A stretch of DNA of 12,014 nt from Cyanobacteriota bacterium (GTDB lineage: Bacteria; Cyanobacteriota; Cyanobacteriia; Cyanobacteriales; Nostocaceae). A program made the translations under genes and the position numbers. Numbering within the stretch: position 1 is the first letter of the stretch; every line of letters starts with the position of its first letter. Under the pieces are notes generated by a model, which did no database searches, had not been told where the DNA came from, and worked only from the letters and a program-made list of their open reading frames with translations. Below are positions 8,687 to 12,014 of the stretch, piece after piece. The stretch spans positions 1-12,014 of the forward strand of contig JBJOKS010000063.1 of assembly GCA_046045965.1 (NCBI GenBank), in the 5' to 3' direction.

Positions 8687-8818
8687 ACAGCTATTGTCAG
8701 GTAAATTAACAACATCTTGATTCAGGTTTCGCGCAAAGGCACAAAGGAGCAAAGACGCAAAGGAAGAAAGGAATTTATTTAGAGTGTGGTCTAAATAAAT
8801 ATAAATGAAAACTGCTGT
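8687..8818. mobile_element. MITE-like element with internal CAAAG repeats
   Basis: Imperfect terminal inverted repeats ACAGCTATTGTCA (8687-8699) and TGAAAACTGCTGT (8806-8818), 10/13 match; internal GCGCAAAGGCACAAAGGAGCAAAGACGCAAAGG at 8731-8763. Confidence 0.55.
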
Positions 8819-8935
8819 TACACTCGGACTCATGTAATAAACAAGTTGCATGATTTTTAATTTAACCTTTATCAAAATTATGAAATTTGTGAAACCGATT
8901 GATGATGAAATAGTTATTCATGGGGAAATTAAAGT

Positions 8936-9259
8936 ATGAGTAAAAACAGTAAACAAGTTTATAATTACACCGTTATTCTGGAAAGGGAAGAAGAGGGAGG
9001 ATATCATGCTTTTTGTCCTCTTTTGAAAGGTTGTCATTCTCAAGAGGATAATTTTGAAGAGGCGATCGCTAATATTCAAGAAGCTATTGAATTATATCTT
9101 GAAAGTTATGATATTCCTGCTCAAATGCAACCTCAAGAAAAAGATATAGAGTCTTTAAGACAAGCTGTTGATAAATTCAGTAATATGTTAGCGGAAAAAG
9201 GAATTAGTGAGGATGATATTATTGCTGATTTTCAAGCATTTAGGAAACGGAGTCAATAA
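8936..9259 (+). CDS. hicB: HicB-family (UPF0150-type) antitoxin domain protein with atypical C-terminal extension
   Basis: YTVILEREEEGGYHAFCPLLKGCHSQEDNFEEAIANIQEAIELYLES matches the HicB N-terminal domain pattern; GGGGA RBS-like sequence upstream; no hicA visible. Confidence 0.75.
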   Translation: MSKNSKQVYNYTVILEREEEGGYHAFCPLLKGCHSQEDNFEEAIANIQEAIELYLESYDIPAQMQPQEKDIESLRQAVDKFSNMLAEKGISEDDIIADFQAFRKRSQ

Positions 9260-9445
9260 TAAGAAAAACAGTGATTAATAAATATTAATAACTGGTTGAT
9301 GATTAATAGGCGATCGCCATCTTGACATCAATAGAAAGTAGGGTACATTAAAAACAAAGTAAAACAGTAAGATACCGAATTTATACTGATGATTTATGAA
9401 GATTATAAATTTTATTATCAATGTTCGCAGAGTATTTTTGTGAAT

Positions 9446-9583
9446 CTAAAATAAAATGATCAAAAGTAACCAACCTATCATAAAAATAGCACCAGGAATT
9501 AAAGCATTTTTCCAATTTTCTCTATTTGTTGGTTGTTGTATTTGTGGTGTTGTTGGAGTATAATTTATAGTAACAGGCTGAAG
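9446..9583 (-). pseudogene. Start-less gene fragment: P/T/Q-rich linker plus one TM helix
   Basis: Open frame LQPVTINYTPTTPQIQQPTNRENWKNALIPGAIFMIGWLLLIILF*, bounded upstream by TAA. Confidence 0.4.
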
Positions 9584-9756
9584 TTACAAATAATAATCAA
9601 CAAAATGTTAATTTTGAATCTGTAGATATAATTGGTAGAATTGCTAATATTAAATTCTGCAAGAAAAAAATTACTATTGAAATAGATACAATTGAAGTTG
9701 ATTTATTAGGGAAAGAACAGTCTTTCAAGAATTTTAATAATTCTGATGACAATTAA
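9574..9756 (+). pseudogene. Start-less gene fragment (60 codons)
   Basis: Open frame QAEVTNNNQQNVNFESVDIIGRIANIKFCKKKITIEIDTIEVDLLGKEQSFKNFNNSDDN* in very AT-rich DNA, with no in-frame ATG. Confidence 0.35.
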
Positions 9757-9848
9757 ACTCATGAATCATTTAAAATCAACATCCTGTAAATCCTTAAATC
9801 CTGGACATCCTGATTCTGACAAATAAAACTCATCAATCATATTTAAAA
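9747..9848. repeat. ATCCT(G) tandem units bracketed by a ~30-bp imperfect direct repeat
   Basis: ATCCT units at 9781, 9790, 9798 and 9807; flanks TGACAATTAAACTCATGAATCATTTAAAA (9747-9775) and TGACAAATAAAACTCATCAATCATATTTAAAA (9817-9848). Confidence 0.7.
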
Positions 9849-9868
9849 GTTGAAATTATTGAAATTAC

Positions 9869-9971
9869 TATAGCGTTTCCCAATCTAGTGAATTACAAAA
9901 TCATCTGCGTCTATCTGCGTCAATCTGCGTTTTATTACTGCTTCTAGCTCACTTGAGTGGTAATTGCTATA
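9869..9971. mobile_element. 103-bp MITE-like element with TATAGC...GCTATA ends
   Basis: 23-bp terminal inverted repeats (9869-9891 and 9949-9971), 18/23 match, TA at both extremes; internal (ATCTGCGTnn)x3 at 9903-9932. Confidence 0.75.
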
Positions 9972-9999
9972 TTGAAAAATGGTTTTACTCCTGACTCCT

Positions 10000-10028
10000 G
10001 TACGGGTTTAGCATTGCTAAACCCCTAC
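10000..10028 (-). repeat. GTAG-type REP-like palindrome
   Basis: Minus strand reads GTAGGGGTTTAGCAATGCTAAACCCGTAC; 13 of 14 positions pair around the centre; adjoins a short (ACTCCTG)x2 repeat. Confidence 0.8.
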
Positions 10029-10627
10029 TCTATCCTACTATAAATCTCCTTCGCCAACTTCACCCAATGTTCAATCCCCTTCTTCGTCGGTTGTCTCACA
10101 TCCCCAAAAGTCCAAATATCCCGTTTATGCTGCGGTCCATAACTAATATGAATCGGTCTGGTGCTACCATAAAAATACAAAGAATCAAAAGGTAACTTAT
10201 GCTGTAAAATCCAATCCACTAAACTTTCACTAGGTAAATCTGCAATCATAAAATCACAAGCTGCACCCAACCTTTCACAATAATATTTACCATTCTTATT
10301 AATTTCATAACTAATATGTTGATCTAACTTAGGTGCAACCCGACCATTTTTTTCTCCCGTCAACGGATCTTTCTTTTCTAAATACTTCTTTAAATCAGCA
10401 GAACAAAAACCATAAGTTAAAATAAATTTGTCTCTGCCGTAATTATCAATAACAGGATCAATAATCAACTTATTTAAATCTTGTAAAGCCGGAATAGTTT
10501 CTATAATATTTTGAGGAAATGGATGAATATTTTGAGCATATTTATGATAAGTCTGAGTGCAGGTACAAAATTCTGCTAATGTCAGGTATTTACCTAGTTT
10601 GAATTCTTGCATATTCATTGATAGCAC
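10025..10627 (-). CDS. Hypothetical protein with peptidase M15/LAS (Hedgehog/DD-peptidase)-like motif order
   Basis: LGKYLTLAEF...IIDPVIDNYG...LTYGFCS...DQH...GAACDF...PFDSLYFY...IHIS parallels the M15A pattern F-T-L-x-E...L-x-P...TSGYR...SQH..GxAxD...FDQL...HxS. No signal peptide. Confidence 0.65.
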   Translation of the reverse strand: MLSMNMQEFKLGKYLTLAEFCTCTQTYHKYAQNIHPFPQNIIETIPALQDLNKLIIDPVIDNYGRDKFILTYGFCSADLKKYLEKKDPLTGEKNGRVAPKLDQHISYEINKNGKYYCERLGAACDFMIADLPSESLVDWILQHKLPFDSLYFYGSTRPIHISYGPQHKRDIWTFGDVRQPTKKGIEHWVKLAKEIYSRIE

Positions 10628-10654
10628 CTTGTAGCAGGTAACATCATCATTATT

Positions 10655-10680
10655 TACACCCTACACTCTACACATACACA
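10655..10680. repeat. Short degenerate TACAC(CC) tandem repeat
   Basis: TACACCC TACACTC TACACA TACACA. Confidence 0.6.
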
Positions 10681-10846
10681 TCCATCTATACCAAAAACTT
10701 TTACCCCTACTGAATTATATGTTGTATTAGTAAGGTAAATATATCAAATAACTTATCGTTGGTGTTAGGACTATCAATATATCAACAGCTATGAAATGGT
10801 TTCCATAACACGGTACAAATAACAGAGAAGGATATTCACAGAACCA

Positions 10847-12014
10847 ATGCAGTTTTTGAACACAATCAATTTTACCGTACCCCTACTGGCCACAGCCACA
10901 GAACCCGTAGACAGTTCAATGGTAGTAGCAGCCGTGCTACTGAGTTTAGTAGTCATTTACTTCGCCAGCAAACTAGGAGGCGAATTAGCCAACAAAGTAG
11001 GTTTACCCCCCGTCTTAGGTGAACTTGTCGGTGGTGTCATAGTCGGTACATCGGTTTTGCATCTGTTGGTATTTCCAGAAGGAGGTACAGACAGTTCCAA
11101 CTCCCTAATTATGACCTTTTTGCAAATCACCGCAGGTTTAACTCCAGAAGCCACTCCCCAGGTGTTTGCAGCACAGTCAGAGGTCATTTCGGTTTTAGCA
11201 GAATTGGGTGTAATTATCCTGCTGTTTGAAATTGGCTTGGAGTCTAATTTAAAAGACTTAATGGAAGTCGGTATCCAAGCCTTTGTAGTGGCCGTTGTCG
11301 GGGTAGTAGTACCCTTTGCCGCAGGTACAGCAGGGTTAATGATATTATTTGGTATCGGTGCAGTACCCGCAATTTTTGCCGGCGCAGCTTTGACAGCTAC
11401 CAGTATCGGTATTACCTCCAAAGTTCTCTCAGAAATAGGACGGTTAAATTCCAAAGAAGGACAGATTATTCTTGGTGCAGCAGTGATAGATGACATCCTG
11501 GGGATTATCGTCTTAGCTGTAGTTGCTAGTTTGGCCAGAGATGGTGCAGTCGATGTAGGTAACGTCATTTATTTAATTATCAGCGCCACAGCTTTTCTCA
11601 TTGGTGCAATTGTTTTGGGTAATGTTTTCAATAAGACATTTGTAGCGATCGCTGATACACTCAAAACACGCGGTGGAGTAGTCATACCCGCTTTCATCTT
11701 TGCCTTTATCATGGCCTACATTGCTGATGTCATCAACCTAGAAGCAATTCTCGGAGCATTTGCAGCAGGTTTAGTTCTTGAAGAAACCGACAAACGCAAA
11801 GAACTGCAAAATCAAGTTCTTCCTATTGCGGATATGCTAGTTCCAGTCTTCTTTGTCACCGTGGGAGCAAAAACCGACTTAGGAGTTTTAAACCCAGCAA
11901 TTCCCACCAACAGAGAAGGCTTAATTATGGCAATTTTCCTGATTACCGTCGCCATTATTGGTAAAGTAATTACAGGTTTAGCCGTATTCGGTCAACCAGG
12001 TATTAACCGTCTAG
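10847..12014 (+). CDS. Cation:proton antiporter, CPA2/NapA (NhaS3-like) family; 3'-truncated by window end
   Basis: Own translation from ATG 10847: MQFLNTINFTVPLLATATEP...GLPPVLGELVGGVIVG...LAELGVIILLFEIGLES...ATSIGITSKVLSE...IILGAAVIDDILGI...EAILGAFAAGL...PVFFVTVG. No stop before the window end; the DD pair is typical of NapA-type antiporters. Confidence 0.95.
   Translation, partial: MQFLNTINFTVPLLATATEPVDSSMVVAAVLLSLVVIYFASKLGGELANKVGLPPVLGELVGGVIVGTSVLHLLVFPEGGTDSSNSLIMTFLQITAGLTPEATPQVFAAQSEVISVLAELGVIILLFEIGLESNLKDLMEVGIQAFVVAVVGVVVPFAAGTAGLMILFGIGAVPAIFAGAALTATSIGITSKVLSEIGRLNSKEGQIILGAAVIDDILGIIVLAVVASLARDGAVDVGNVIYLIISATAFLIGAIVLGNVFNKTFVAIADTLKTRGGVVIPAFIFAFIMAYIADVINLEAILGAFAAGLVLEETDKRKELQNQVLPIADMLVPVFFVTVGAKTDLGVLNPAIPTNREGLIMAIFLITVAIIGKVITGLAVFGQPGINRL

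Larger units (their letters stand above)
1063..11652. repeat. Dispersed HIP1 octamers (GCGATCGC)
   Basis: Seen at 1063, 5341, 5719, 6563, 9062, 9310 and 11645 (manual scan). Confidence 0.9.

Noticed and set aside
8672..8875. 67-aa minus-strand ORF
   Set aside because: Runs through the MITE-like element; 'FASLLLCAFAR' is just the translated CAAAG repeat.
5531..9971. CRISPR array
   Set aside because: All repeats are short tandem units without unique spacers; no cas genes.
6482..10627. Complete dnd or classical restriction-modification locus
   Set aside because: No DndB/C/D/E-like or restriction-endonuclease ORF is visible, and the methyltransferase lacks clear DPPY/NPPY or PC catalytic motifs.
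10738..10785. AATATATCAA direct repeat upstream of the antiporter
   Set aside because: Only two AT-rich 10-mers; no clear match to a regulator motif I can name.
10957..11568. 203-aa minus-strand ORF
   Set aside because: Antisense shadow of the CPA2 antiporter, which is clearly coded on the plus strand from 10847.

Overview
AT-rich cyanobacterial chromosome segment, probably a heterocyst-forming Nostocales strain (seven HIP1 GCGATCGC octamers, STRR-type heptamer repeats). The left half is core genome: a SIMPL/DUF541 gene, ssb with a LexA box, the mreB-mreC-mreD-ribD cluster and a small conserved hypothetical gene. The right half is accessory-looking. It has a 723-aa SAM-dependent methyltransferase-like protein resembling the 'DNA phosphorothioation-associated putative methyltransferase' family, carrying a duplicated ~165-aa domain. 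It points toward a convergent 200-aa protein with an atypical M15/LAS zinc-peptidase-like motif set. Between them lies a ~1.35-kb patch with an orphan, apparently chimeric hicB, two start-less gene fragments, two MITE-like elements and a REP-like hairpin. The window ends in a CPA2 cation/H+ antiporter gene that the ORF track omits because it runs off the edge. No dnd genes are present. Family assignments come from motif recognition only; no database search was run.
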